From contig CP158635.1 of NCBI GenBank assembly GCA_050273025.1, positions 9,610,001 through 9,674,000 on the forward strand: a stretch of DNA of 64,000 nucleotides. Reading direction: 5' to 3'. Origin of the DNA: Cenococcum geophilum (Eukaryota). Position 1 is the stretch's first letter. Every line of letters starts with the position of its first letter. Below are positions 11,087 through 25,101 of the stretch, piece by piece. A program made the position numbers and the translations under genes. Under the pieces are notes generated by a model that saw only the letters and a list, made by a program, of their open reading frames with translations, had not been told where the DNA came from and searched no databases.

Positions 11087-14000
11087 TCTAATATATACTA
11101 AGTTTGGGTTGAACCTGAGTGTCTAATTGGTTAAAAATTTGTCTGGTCACCTGATATAAGGGACGTGCTACCTTACGTGCTACCCTATTAAATTCCTTAC
11201 CTCGTGACCTTAAATCCTACCCCTTACTGCTCTCTACCTTCTACCCCAGTTGCTACTCCCTATTTACTGCCTAAATGCCTTCCAATTGTATATTTTGTAC
11301 TGCCTGTAAGCAGTATCGCTCTTCTACTAACTTTGCAACGAACCGTCGTGGAGCTCCGTATAAGACCTATAACTATTATAGGGTTAATCCTTTACTTACT
11401 CTTTTTTAACTTACTACCTTTCTAACTTTATATAGGAGAAAAGAAATAGACGGTCCCGATAACCTTTAGCGGACCTTCCATAGCCTATACCCCAAACTAT
11501 AGCCGCTACTGCTTCCGCTGCTGCCTCCGCTGCTACTTCTCCCCTTATACCGCCCGTATCGATCCAGTAACCGCCTATACTAATCTAGCCGCGACCACCC
11601 GCATTTATCCAGCCGTAACCGCCCGCATTTATCTAGCCATAACCCGCCATGGCCCGCCCTATTACGGGCCAGTTAAATATCGGGCCTATTACTATAGCCC
11701 GCCCTATTGCGGAGCAGCTAGATTGTGGTCTAATTACTACAGTCCGCCATATTACGGAGCAGCTAGATCTCGGTTCTATGGACGTTATCTATAACTTCTG
11801 TATAGCCCTACATTGGATTAATAAACGTGTTAGTATATTACCTGCTAGCAATTCACGCTTTAAAGCCTACTATAAGCACGGTAATGTAAACCTCCCTCTA
11901 TTCCAGCCACCGCCAAAATATCTACGCGATCTTTTAGAGTCCCGTAGTACTTCTGCTAGGTAGTTTAGGGAGCGGCTTCGCTCATATAATGTAGCATTGG
12001 CTTTTACGTCCGTAAACTGTACCGTTACTAACTATGGTATAGCCTGGGGCGGCCCAAATTGCTTCTAGATATATAGTGAGCTTTACCATCTATAGGGCCC
12101 GCTGGAGCCTCCTACCGATATTGCTCCGCGGTATGCCTAGCTATACTTTTACGACCCTAGTTATGCTATAGATGTCCGGCTACGGGCCCGTCCTAATACC
12201 TAGCTAGATGTAACCATTCTATGGTGCCTTACTGCTATGCTATCTGAGGTACGGAACCCTTTTATCGCCCTCTATTAAACCGTAAAGGAACGGCTTTAGG
12301 CTTAGCCCGTAACGACCCTGTTACGGATTATTTTAAACCCGTAGATGCAGCTTATCTTAGAGGCTGGTGCTGATTAGCGCTGTGAGAACCTCCTAATAAG
12401 TAATGAGGTGGCCGTTATTATACCGGACGAGTACGGTGATGCTAGCTTCCGCGATATTGTGCTTGCGGAGTGTTATACGCCTGACGAGCGGCCGCGATAC
12501 TGCCGTATTAACTTAACGCATGCCGTATATATGCCGCTCCACTACATGCTGCTCTTCCCCTGTAGTGATACTGGCTGGCACTGGGGTCTCTAGCTACGCG
12601 ACTCTAATTAAGCCCGCTAGTGAGACCGTTTGATGTAGTGGGCGTACTTTTGGTTCTACCTACACGTCCGTATTAACTCTAGGTTAGTCCCTTTTGCCTA
12701 TTGCCGGCTATTTTAGCAGTATGTTGTGGATGTATGGGCGCTATGTGATTAGAATAAGCTTAGCTGGATCCGCTCTAACCAAATAACCCTCTACGCGGAG
12801 CTGTATAATGGCGTTGCGGATGCTCTTACCCGCTATGATCTGGACCCTACCTTATTAGGCCGCCGTATAGTCCTTCTATCCAGTTTTCTTGGCGGAGCTT
12901 GCTTTATCGGCTAGTGCTATTAGGATTTAATGGCTATTGTCCGTAAATACGGCCGTCTAAGTATATTTATTACGTTTACTGCTAACCCTAAGTGGGACGA
13001 GATTACCCGCGAGCTACTACCTAGCTAGACCGCTATAGATAGGCCCGATCTGGTTGTGCGCGTCTTCCGTATAAAACTTATCTACCTTTTTTACGACCTG
13101 AAATGGAAGTAGATCTTCGGCCGGTACTGCGGCTCTGTCTGGACTATTAAGTACTAGAAATGGGGCCTGCCCTATCTATACCTGCTGCTCTTTCTGCATC
13201 CGTATGACCGCGATAGGCTGCTGGACCTAGCCGTTATCGACCGTTTTATATCCGCGGAGCTTCCGTAGCCTGAGGACGATCCTACTGGTCGTCTTACTAA
13301 GATTGTAAAGTTGATGATGGTTTATGGCCCTTGCGGCTCCTAGAATCTGCGAGCTCCCTATATAGTTTTGCTAGGGCTAGGCCTTCCGCTAACCTGCTTA
13401 AAGTAGTACCCTAAGCCTTTTAACCCTACTACTGTTGTATATGAGGACGGCTATCCAGAATACCGCTGTTGTAATAATCTGCGGTTGTGGTTTATCCGCT
13501 TACTAGGGGGAGCTATATTTGAAATAGATAACCGCTGGATTATTCCGTATAACTTGTATCTAACTATAAAGTATTATGCCTATATAAATGTTAAGGTCTG
13601 CGCCTTTGTAAAGTCCGTTAAGTATATCTATAAGTATATATATAAGGGGAACGACCGTACCACTTTACGACTTACGGACGGCGATAAGGTAAGCTAGTAT
13701 TTATAGGGCCGTTATATTAGCCCCTCCGAGGCTATCTAGCGGCTATTTGAGTTTCCCGTTTATAAGGAGTTCCCCCCTATAATCTAGCTTGCGGTACACC
13801 TTCTAGGTGAGCAGCCTGTATACTTTTAGCTAGACTAGTCCGTAGAGGAGATCTAGTAGCGCCTTAAGCTCTCTTACTTTACCTTAATGGCCTTCTTTAA
13901 GTATAACGCGGAGTATGATGATGGCCGTAACTGCCTATATTAAGACTTCCCTAAGCGCTACGTCTTTTATGTGAAGTAGTGGGAGTGGCGTCTGCGCTAG

Positions 14001-16205
14001 CGAGGCCTTGCGATAGGCCGCATATATTACTGCAGCCCCGTTGCGGGCGAGAGGTTCTACTTACGGCTACTGTTAACCTCCGTTCCCGGCCCTACCTCCT
14101 TTAAGGACCTCCGTACTGTTGCTAGTGTAGTCTATCTAACCTTTTAGGCCGCCTGCGTGGCTTTAGGGCTACTAGAGGATAATTGTGAGTGGATTGATTG
14201 CTTTACGGAGGCCGCCGTTTTTGCTGCTGGCGCCTAGCTACGCTCCTTATTTGTAACCGCTTTACTTTACGGCCCTATTATGGAGCTAGTTGCTTTATGG
14301 GACCGCTTTAAATAGTCTATCTGTAATGATCTGCCTCGCTTTTTGGCCCGCCAACCTAATGCTCCTCCTATAGTTGGCGAGGATGATAACGCCTATCTTA
14401 ATTACGGCCTATACCTTATCTATTAGATACTTGTGGATTACTAAAAGACGCTTATGGACTATAGCCTGCCCCAGTTCTAGCACTAGTGGGGTATTATTAC
14501 CGAGGCAAGTAACCCGCTTTTTATAGCGGAGCTACTGCAATATAACCCTATAGAGGAAGAACGCTAGTTTACTAAGCTACGCTAGCAGCTAAATGCGGAT
14601 CAGGCAGCGTGCTTTAATACTATTGTTGCCGCTATAGATACAGATCTATAAACCGCCCGCTTCTTTCTCTAGGGCTCTATAGGCACTAGTAAAACGTTTC
14701 TTTATTGCTACCTCTGCCACTACTACCGCTTGCGCGGTAAGATTATTCTTTATATGGCTTCTTCTAGTATTACAGCCCTTTTACTACCCGGCGGCCGTAC
14801 CGCCCATTCCCGTTTTTGGATACCTATTGATCTACATAAGGAGTCTACTTGCAATATCTCTAAAAGCTTAAATCTAGCTAAGCTCCTACGCCGTACCTCT
14901 CTGCTTATTTGGGATAAGGTGCCAATATAGCACCGCTATTACTTTGAAGCCGTACACCGTATGCTTACGGATGTCCGTTCTAACGACTCTACCTTTAGCG
15001 GACTCCCTACTATTTTAGGCAGTAACTTTGCTTAGATACTGCCTGTTGTCCTATGGGGGAACCGCGCAGCTATCGTAGGTGCTTACCTATAGCGGTTGTT
15101 CCTCTGGCCTACCTTCTATATCCTCTCCCTATAGTTAAATATGCGTGTTTGCCAGGGCGAGATAAACTAGTAGTTTGCCGCTTAGGTGCGAAGCTTATCC
15201 TATAATACATCCCTAGCTAATAGGGTTGGTATTTTACCTAGTATAGCCTAGTTCCGGTCCTAGAAATCCTTTTATGGGTATATATACCCTCCGTATCTAC
15301 TTACGCGGGCATACTATAACCTAGATGCCTTCCGCGATTGCGCCATCCTAACTGTTCGTAATAATACCGTTGCTAATATTAATGAGGCTATCCTTACGCA
15401 GCTCTACGGCTCCCTAAGCACCTTTTATTCTATAGACTTTGTGGAGTAAAATAGAGTAGAAGAGAGTTATATGGAACTACCGCCAGCAAAGCTCCTATAG
15501 ACATTTAACCCTAGTAGCCTACCTCCATTAAAGCTTTCCCTAAAGGTAGGCGCGCCTGTAATCCTTTTACGGAACCTTTACCCTAAGAAAGGGCTCTGTA
15601 ACAGCACCCGTATAGTTATTACGCGCCTAGGCCGCCGCTATATTGAGACTCGGGTACTTAGCGGTACCTTTCACGGGCAGCTACGGCTAATCCCTTGTAT
15701 TAAGCTCACCTCTACGGACAGAGAACTGCCGTTTATTATTAGTAGAAGGCAGTTTCCAATCCGGCTATACTTTGCTATAACCGTAAACAAGTCACAAGGG
15801 CAGTCTTTTAACTTTATTGGTGTTAATTTGCGTATACCAGTCTTTACGCATAGGCAGCTATATGTTGCACTATCAAGAGTAACGGATATACGCGGGCTTT
15901 CGCTATTACTGCCGCAGAATGGGGATGGTATGACTGCTAATATTATATATCCGGAGGTATTGCTGCACTCTTAGTATTTTACTGGCCGTTACGGGCTAAG
16001 ACGCGAGGGGACGGTATGGCAGCAGTGGCAGCAGTAGTAGTAGTGGCAGTGGTAATAGCAGGGCAGCAGTAGGGCAGACTGAGTTTAGAAGGCCAAAAGC
16101 CCGCCGCAGGCGCGAGAAATCCGTTAAATTTACCCAAGGACCAAAATTGCTGGCTGTAAGTCAGCAATTTTGAAATTTTCCTTGGAAAATTTAACGGATT
16201 TCTTG
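11087..16205 (+). mobile_element. Autonomous-type Helitron inserted in Copia gag
   Basis: 5' A|TC.. at 11087 and 3' ..CTTG|T at 16205, no TSD, 3' hairpins present, Rep-helicase ORF inside. Confidence 0.88.
11649..15974 (+). pseudogene. Helitron Rep (HUH-Y2) plus PIF1-like helicase, RIP-disrupted (start uncertain)
   Basis: FITFTANPKW (about 12967), de-RIP EYQKRGLPHLHLLLF (about 13149-13193), KYIYKYIYKG (about 13620), Walker A GTGKT (about 14682), IWDEVPM (about 14907), GDFAQILPVV (about 15020), FAMTVNKSQGQS (about 15771-15805). Confidence 0.92.
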
Positions 16206-19200
16206 TACTACTTTATACTACAATAGAGTAGTAAGAAAAGATATTAAAGCATAGTAATGGAATTACTGCTACTATAGCTTCTAAAGATAAGCTAGGAGAC
16301 TATGTAGCAATAAAGGTCTACGTATATATACAGGAGAACTTTACAGACTACACACTATGGATAGTATTTAAGGAGGAATTTAAAGGCTTTATTACTAAGA
16401 ATTTTAAACGCATATGAACCGATATAAGAGTAAAGTTACGCATCTATCTACTTAAGAGAGAAGTGTATATCGGAAAGTATAATAACAGATATTTAATCTT
16501 AGAAGCACTATTTAACCTCCTCTAAGAAGAAGAGTTTTATAAATAGACGGACGAAGAGATTAGTTTAGCCCTTAATAATATTAAGCTAATAATTACTGTA
16601 GCTCTGTAAGACTAACTTAATTCGACCTTAGATAAGCTTACTATAGCTCTATTGGCGTTAATACCTTTCTATAGTCCCTTACTAGCTATATAAGCATTAT
16701 TAGCTCTTTTACCAGCTATTTTAACTGCTATACCGCTAACTACTCTAATTGCTGCACTACTAGCTACTCTGATTGCTATACCGCCAGCTACTCCAATTGC
16801 TACCCCTACTACCCCTACTACCCCTCCCGGTCCTTAATCCTCTAATTATAACTAAATCCACACTCTTATTAACTAATTGCTATAGTTATAGCAACCACAG
16901 TAGCCGTAATAGCTACCTATATATATACTACCTAAACTAGTCGTGCCTAGTGTAGAGCAAGGACCTAGGCAAGGGCCTAGATATAGTAAGAAGGTAGCTA
17001 TAATTATAAAGATCTATACAGATAACTAAAAGTATGATAGAGTTAGTGACAGCTTTAACTTTAAGTTAACTATCTTCTATAATATCTGCAAGAGATCTAG
17101 CTTGCCACTAGAAGGCTATATAGTAGCATTCCCTAGTATGCTAAAAGGGCTTGCTTAGGACCACTACTATAATAGTAACCTTAAGTTAAGACCTTTTATA
17201 GAAGCCTGTAACTATATATAACAGTTCTTTAAAGGGCCAGAATACTACCGTAAGAACCTTACGGAGTGGAATAGTATGACCCTCTAAGGAGTTATAGACG
17301 AGAACCCTAATAAGTTAATCTATTAGAACTTCTAACTGCTTATAAATAAGCTACTAAAATAACGTTATGGACTATACCTAGACTTCCGTATAAACCGCAT
17401 TCTTATAAATAAGCTAGTTACTACTTGCTAGGGAGTACTAGTATGCTGTATTACTGTCTCTAACCCTTTAGAAGACCTTTCTTAGTTAATTAGTAAACTA
17501 TAATCCTCTATTGTTACGTAGGAAAAAGAATACCCCCTATAGGCCTTAATAAGATTGTCTTACTAAGCTTTTTTTTACGGATTAACGCTATTACTAAAAT
17601 GACTAGAATTGAGACCGAAACACTAACCGCTATAGTAGCAATCGCCCCTATAGAACTAACGGTAGACTAAAGGCTAAGTACTATATCTGTAAGAAGGAGG
17701 ACTGCCGTTTGTAGAAATATATAGAGGAGGAGCGTAATTGGTCTAGAGATAATTATAAGAGACGCTTTACTAATATTAAGGGCCGTAATAAGGGTAACTT
17801 TGATAACTACTTTAAGTAATATGTCGCTGCTTGCGAAAAAGATAAAGATAATAATTTAGACTTTAAAGCCTATATATAAGACACTAAAGACGCTAATGAC
17901 TTTAGGAACGATGCCGGAGAACCTAATAATAGTTCTGCCTATATTACTACCTTTAGAATACTTACTATAGAGGAAGCAACCTCTATAAGCGTAGAGCTAG
18001 CTAATAAGGCTTATATATACTTACTTATAGCTTTAGAACTTACTACGGAGTCTACTACGGAACCTTATACAGAGACCGACCTATTTGCCTATAGTACGGC
18101 TATAACCATAGCGTTATAATATACCTTAACGGTTTTTATGGGAATTATAATTAATATAGGTGCTTTGCGTAAGTCTACGGCTGGCTACGGCTAATTCTAA
18201 GCTCTATAGGCCGTAGACAAGTCCGTAAGTCTTAATATGTTAACTAAGGGTTAAGTAACTATCTAATTTGGAATTGGAGTATCTATGTCTATTAGAACTA
18301 TAGATGTTAATAGCCCTATAGGCAAGGTATAATTCTATATTGTTAAAGCAGATACTTTTTTCCTACTTTGCTTAGTAGATATAGATAGACTTTATATTAA
18401 ATACAATAACCTAAAGGACGTTATTATTACTCGCATTAAAAGGGTGCTAGTAGTTAGATAATTTGGCCACCTATTTCTCTTATAGAGCTTTTTCTTACAG
18501 TCTTATTTAGTTAAGTCTTTTAATATAAACCCTTGCTACTTAACTAATATAAAACTATAACGTTTATACCGTTAATTTGGTTACCCGTTAGTTAATAAAC
18601 TGTAAAAGCTTCTTAATAAGGCTGGCTACGGCTATAACACTAATAGATCCGCTATTAAAGAGCTAACTAGACTCTGCTACTATTACTAGAAGTATAGCAG
18701 ATCTCTAGGTAGATTTTGCTTTACCCTATAAGATAACGTTAATTTTAATTATAATATTATTGTTAATATTATATATATTAGCGGCTCCCCCCTACTATAC
18801 ATAGTTAACGAAGCAACTCGATTTTAAGCTAGTAGATAGCTATAAGATATTAGCGCTAAGCACACTTAGGACATTCTACGGATATACTGGATTAATAGCT
18901 ACTTAGGACTACTAGACCTAATTACTATAGACGCTAGGAAGAACTTTATTAGTAAGGAGTTTAAGCACTACGCTGCCACTATAGGAGTAACTATAAAGTT
19001 AGTTTTAGTTAAATTACACAATTCTATTAGAATGGTAGAGCGCTACTATGGTCCGCTATAACAAGCCTACTAAATTATTACGACTGAAATCCCTAAAATT
19101 AGTAAGGAGATGGCCCTATAAATAGCCTTTAAAGCTATTAATAATACGGCTGGCTTAGAAGGCCTAATTCCTATACTCCTAGTCTTTAGAGCCTACCCCT

Positions 19201-21397
19201 AAATAGTTAAATTGGACGCGCTATTACCTTTAGTTATATAGCGAGCTGTAGCTATTAAGAAAGTAATAGTGGAAATCTAAAAGCTATAAGCTAAACAATA
19301 GATTGCTAACGCTCTTAATATACAAAATGGACCATAAACTAACGCTATTTACGGCCTCCTACCTAGTTCGCCTGTCTTAGTCTAGAGAGAAGGCAATACT
19401 AGCTAGAGTGGTTATTGGGATGGGCTATATACGCTACTTGCCGTTAACGGTAAGACTTATACCGTAAAGTTACTAAATAGGCCTATAACCTTCCGCTCTA
19501 CGGTTATAAAATCTTACCTACTAAACCTATAAGACCCAGTTAAACTATAAGAGCCTATTAAATTAGCTAAACTAGTACCTTTACTAGCTAAACCTTAATT
19601 ATTACCTAAAGCTAAACTATAGCTACCGCTAAAGCGAGGTAGAGGTTGCCCCCGTAAATACCTATTACTTATAGCTGTCGCAAATACGGCTACTATAGAC
19701 GCTATAATAGATATAGGTGCTTTTATAGGTGATATTATAGATATTGCCGATATTGCTATCTACTTATAGAATGATAATAATACCTAATTTAGCGCTTTAC
19801 GATAAAAGGAGGTTACAGGCCTACTTAAGAAAGGCGTCTTTAAGATTATTAAGCTACACAATATACTAAAGGGGGTTAGACTCTTTAACTTATGGTTTAT
19901 TAATAAGATTAAGAATAAGGGAACTAATAGAGCCTTTAAGAAATTACGACTTATTGTATAGGCCTATAATAATTTGGAGAAAGAGCTAGTCCTTACTTAG
20001 TTACTAATAATTTAATGGGTTAGCCAGCGGCTAATTCTCTATATCGCTGCTATACTACCGCAGACATAACTCTACCTCTGAGATATTTTATAAGCCTACG
20101 TCCAGTCCACTATAAACCTAAACCGCGAGTTCTACGTATAACCACCACACGAGCTAAATAAATAATTGGGAATTAATACGGACTCTATTCTAAAGGTTAT
20201 AAAGCCACTTTACGGAGTACCTAAAGCTAGAAACTACTGGTTTAAGACCTACTATTTATACTACGTTAATTAGCTGCAAATAGACCAGTCTATATACGAC
20301 CCTTGCTTGCTTTACAGCAATAAGCCTTTTAGAATTATTGGCCTATAGACTAACGATATACTATTCCTTATAGATAATACCTTTATAAAGGCTAAATAAA
20401 GCAAACTATATAAGGCTAAATTTATAGCTAAGAAGTAAGAGTAATTAACCGCTAATATACTAATTAAGTTTAATGGAGGACTTATTTAATTAATATAAGA
20501 TAGGAGTATTACGCTAACGTAAAAGCGCTAGTATAAGAACCTTAGTGTGGTTAATACTACGCTAGTAGATAGTACTAGCTCTAAAGGAGTTACGCGTAGC
20601 CTACTTATGCTAAAGGACTAGTATATCGCTTAACGCGTTAAAGAAGCCTATATCGCCTTAGTCTATTAGCTAAAGGCCTTATTTAACTTATCCTTTATTG
20701 CCTAGGTAATTAACCTAGTTAAAGATAATATAAAGAGTCTTAATAAGTAATTAAGCTAGTAGATTAAGAACATAAATAGAGGCCTAAAGTTTGTTAAGCT
20801 AGACATTAATACCTTATAACTTCTGGTATTTATAAACGCTTCCTTTACCAATAATAAGAACTTATTTTCGCAAATTAGCTATATACTTATACTAGTAGAC
20901 GCCTTAAATAAGGCAAATATTGTTTACTGGTCCTTAATTAAGTGTAAAAGAGTTACTAGAAGTGTATTAGCCTTAGAGTTATACGGCATAGCATATGGTT
21001 TTAATATAGGCGCTATAATTAAATCTACGCTAGATAAGGTCTTATAGGTTAACTTACTACTTATTCTTTATACTAATTTAAAGTCTTTATATAACTATCT
21101 TATCTAACTAGGAACTACGTAAGAGAAACGCTTAATAATTAATATAATGTGCCTTCGCTAAGCTTATAAACGAAGATAGATTACTAAAGTTAAGTGGATT
21201 AATGGAGATACTAACCCTGCGGACGCTATAATAAAGGATAAGCCCTATACGGCACTATTATAGCTTATTAACACGAATTAAGTTAAATTATGGGCTGTAG
21301 GGTGGGTTAAGCGAACGGATTTAACTTTGGTTTAGCGTTGGCGCTAGTACTAAGCGAGCTAATAGCAATTTTCCATCCTAGGGATAAAGTTAGGTTC

Positions 21398-21527
21398 GGC
21401 AGAATTTGGTAGAATTCGGTAACATGGTAGAATTTAGCAGAATTCGGTATTATAGCAGAATTTAGTAGAATTCGGTAACATGGCAGAATTTGGCAGAATT
21501 TGGTAATATAGTAGAATTTGGCAGAAA
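21398..21527. repeat. 10-bp GGCAGAATTT/GGTAGAATTC tandem array in the Copia 3' UTR
   Basis: Tandem units visible between the RNase H stop and the 3' LTR. Confidence 0.85.
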
Positions 21528-24500
21528 GTTACTATTGCGTATACGTTACGAGTAGTCTAGAAGACTTAACTTTAGAGTATAGATTAGCCTTTTTTTTAGA
21601 GTTGCTCTAGTGTTGGAACATTAATCACGTAACGTAGTTATGGGGCTACGAAGCGAGACTAACTGTCTGGCCTTAGAGCAACCCCTTTCTTCTAGACAAC
21701 AATTAACTACTAACTTCAACACCGTATACGTACCACTACAAGTGATATTCGTGCACGTTGATAAAGAGAGTTATACCGATAACTACCTTTAAGATAAACG
21801 ACCCTAAAGTCCCCGTTATAGCTGCTAATATTATATCTATTCTCTAAAAATAAATAGTAAGTATATAGAAGTCCTTTATAGAAGCCTTTAAATAATATTA
21901 AACTACTATAGCCAAATAATAAGCTAAATAAAAAGTACGACATTAGAAAATAATTAAAGCCCTCTAGGAAGAAGTCCGCGCCCTTAAGATACCTATAATA
22001 AACCTCTAAGACTAAACGCTATTTTTAGAGGCTAATATATAGAATATAAGCCCTAAACTAGCTGTAGTTACCCAACCTATAGAACTAACTACTATACCGT
22101 AACAATCCAAAAAACTACTAGACCTCCCTATATTTACTAGTAAATAATAAGAGCTTTAGTTATTTTTAAGCCAGCTTAAACATAAGCTAAATAGTAACAC
22201 TAATTATTACCTAACTAAAGCCAACTAACTCTATTACGCTTTAAGCCGACTAAGAGGAGAGGTAGCTGACCTTATTAAATCTCTTTAGCTAAACTTAGTA
22301 CAAAGCCTAATAGGACTTCTTAAAGCTATATATAGTGACCTAAACTACTAAGTCACCGCTTAGAGAAAGATAAACTATATAGCTTAAGGAACGAAAAGTT
22401 TCCTAGTATATTTCTCCAAATTTAACTATTATATAAGAGAAATAGGTTAGAACAATTCCGTACTAATTAATAGCCTTATTAAATCTCTAAGCCCTAAACT
22501 AAAAACCTCCCTAATAAGCGTAGACCTACTAGGAGCTCTTAACGCCTACGCAAACGTTATTAATAAACGGTATAATAATATACTACGTCTAATACTAAAA
22601 CCCGCTTCTTAATATAATACAACTACCCTATAAATTCCCGTTAAGTTATCTTCTTAGCTTAAGTACCTTAATGCTATAGACATTAATACTAGGACCCTAG
22701 AGTACACTCTACTAGGGTCCCTTAAATAAGAATAACGTATTAAACTAGGCCTTTACTTTAAGTATAAAAGCAAAGATTATATCTTAAGATACTGTTCCAT
22801 CCCTATACCCTAAAACGATTTATAAATAGCTAATACTAGTAGCCATTTACTACACTAACCTTCTAGTTACTGACCCTAATCCTTATCTAGTTCCAGCTTC
22901 GCATCTAATAAGTACTACTTATAAGGACGAAGCTTTAACCGGCGTTCTATAGGAATCTCTCCCCGCTTGCCACTAAAAGAAGTATCCTAGAGTTAAGTCG
23001 CTCTTTAGAACAGCTATATTATAGGATCTCATTAAATATATTAAATGTCGTAAACCCTAACTGTTAGGATTGTAGTATAACTATTAACTGCCGTCTTTGG
23101 CAGAAAGGTTAATAGGCTAATACTTAAGTCTTAATTAATACAGGAGTTAGTAGTATAAGATTTATTAATAAGATCTTCGCGTAAGATAGTAGTTTTACCC
23201 TAATACCCCTTAACCAGTATATTAATATATTTAGATTTAATAGCAAACGCACTATTTTAGGCCGTATTACCCACGTAGCGGCCTTAAGACTTTAATACCT
23301 AAACCATAAAGAACTGATTAAGTTCTTCGTTACTACCCTAAGTTACTTAGTAATCCTTAGACTATCCTAAATAAAGCTATATAAGATGACCATTAATTAG
23401 AATAACCTTAAGCTTCTATTTACCGCCTCCCGTTATAAGCAGAAGTGCTTTATAATTTACTGCTTAGACCCTAAACTAAAATCTAGAAAATCCTCTAAGA
23501 TTTTTACTAACGTCTACCCTATACCTAAGAAATCCACCTAATTCTACTAGCCTAGGAATTTTACTAGATCCTATTGATATAAGATTTTTACTAATATCTA
23601 TTAAGGATCTAAAAATCCTACTAAACCTTATAAACCGACCCCAAATACCACACAGCCCTAAGCTAAGCGGAAGCTTAAGTATAAGCTTACTAAAAGAGTA
23701 TACTAGAAGAACTGGTATTCTATTATAAAAAGGATACTTAAAGAACTTAAACCCGAATCTAATACTAATTCTATACCTAATACTAAATAAAAAACTAAAT
23801 AAGAAACTATAAACAACTAGAGCTTACTTAATACCCTAGATATCCAAATAATTAGAGCTATCCCGTTAGTATAACTCGCTAAAAAACCTAAATATACGAT
23901 CTTTGCTATTATAATAGCTAATATTAAGAAGGCCTTAGCACTAAAGAAGCACACTAACCCTGTTATAAAAGTACTAGTATACCACTATAAATACCTAGAT
24001 ATATTCTTATAAAAGAAAGCCAATAAGTTGATAGAGTACCAATTATATAACTATAAGATTATACTTAAAGAAGGAAAACAGCCTAGATTCGGACCCCTAT
24101 ATAGAATATCTTAAAATAAACTTTAAGTGCTATGGAAATACTTAAACGAGATACTAAGTAAAGGATTTATTAGAGTAAGCTCTTTGCCTATAGCTGTACC
24201 TATAATCTTTATTAAGAAACCTAGCGGCAGTCTACGCTTCTATATAGACTACTAAGCTCTTAACGCTATTACTATTAAGAATTGGTACCCGCTTCCGTTA
24301 ATTTAAGAAGTACTATACTAATTAAATAAGGCTCGCTTTTATACAAAACGTAATCTTATCTACGTATTTAACCGCCTCCGTATTATAAAAGGAGATAAAT
24401 AGTTTACTGTATTCTGTACTAGATACGGACTATTTAAATGCTTAGTAACGCCATTCGGCCTTATAAATGCCCTATGTTTATTCTAACACTTTATAAATAA

Positions 24501-24677
24501 TACCCTATAACCCTACCTAGACGTTTTCTATACTGCTTATATTAATAATATCTTAGTATATAGTAATAACCTAGCTAAATATAAGAAATACATTAATCTT
24601 ATCCTATAAGCCCTGCGCGGAGCTAGCCTATAATTAAATATAGATAAATGCAAGTTCCATAAAACGGAAGTCCTATA

Positions 24678-25101
24678 ACGTGTTCCGCCACTAAGCGCAT
24701 TACACCACCGAGCGCATCACTTCAAAGAACTTCAAAAAGCCTAAATTTCAATCTTAAATATCTCAACCACTACTTAATAATAATTTTTAAAAATTTAAAT
24801 ATAAGCTCTAATATGCCTATTCTAGTGCTTATTATAATATAAAAGCATATAGTCTAGTGGTTGTTGAGATATTTTGAAATATTTCTATTTTTAGCCTCTA
24901 AGCTCTATATTATAATAACTATTAAGTTACACACTCTAATATTATAATATACACTAAAAAATATATATAAAAGCTTATATTTAAATTTTTAGAAAATATT
25001 ATTAAGTAGTGGTTGAGATATTTAAGATTGAAATTTAGGCTTTTTGATATTCTTTGAAGTGATGCACCCGGTGGTGTAATGCGCTCGGTGGTGGAACACG
25101 T
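24678..25101. mobile_element. Pogo/Fot1-type (Tc1-mariner) MITE in the RT of element A
   Basis: ACGTGTTCC...GGAACACGT termini, TA TSD (24676-77 / 25102-03) and long inverted arms. The host RT frame resumes on removal. Confidence 0.92.

Larger units (their letters stand above)
10472..21781 (+). mobile_element. Ty1/Copia retrotransposon (GalEa-like), RIP-inactivated
   Basis: 171-bp LTRs (10472-10642; 21611-21781) and TSD ACTAC (10467-71 / 21782-86). Domain order gag-PR-IN (RLHRRFGHP about 18560)-RT-RH. CTAATTAGT (RIPed CTGATCAGT) lies directly after the 5' LTR. Confidence 0.92.
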
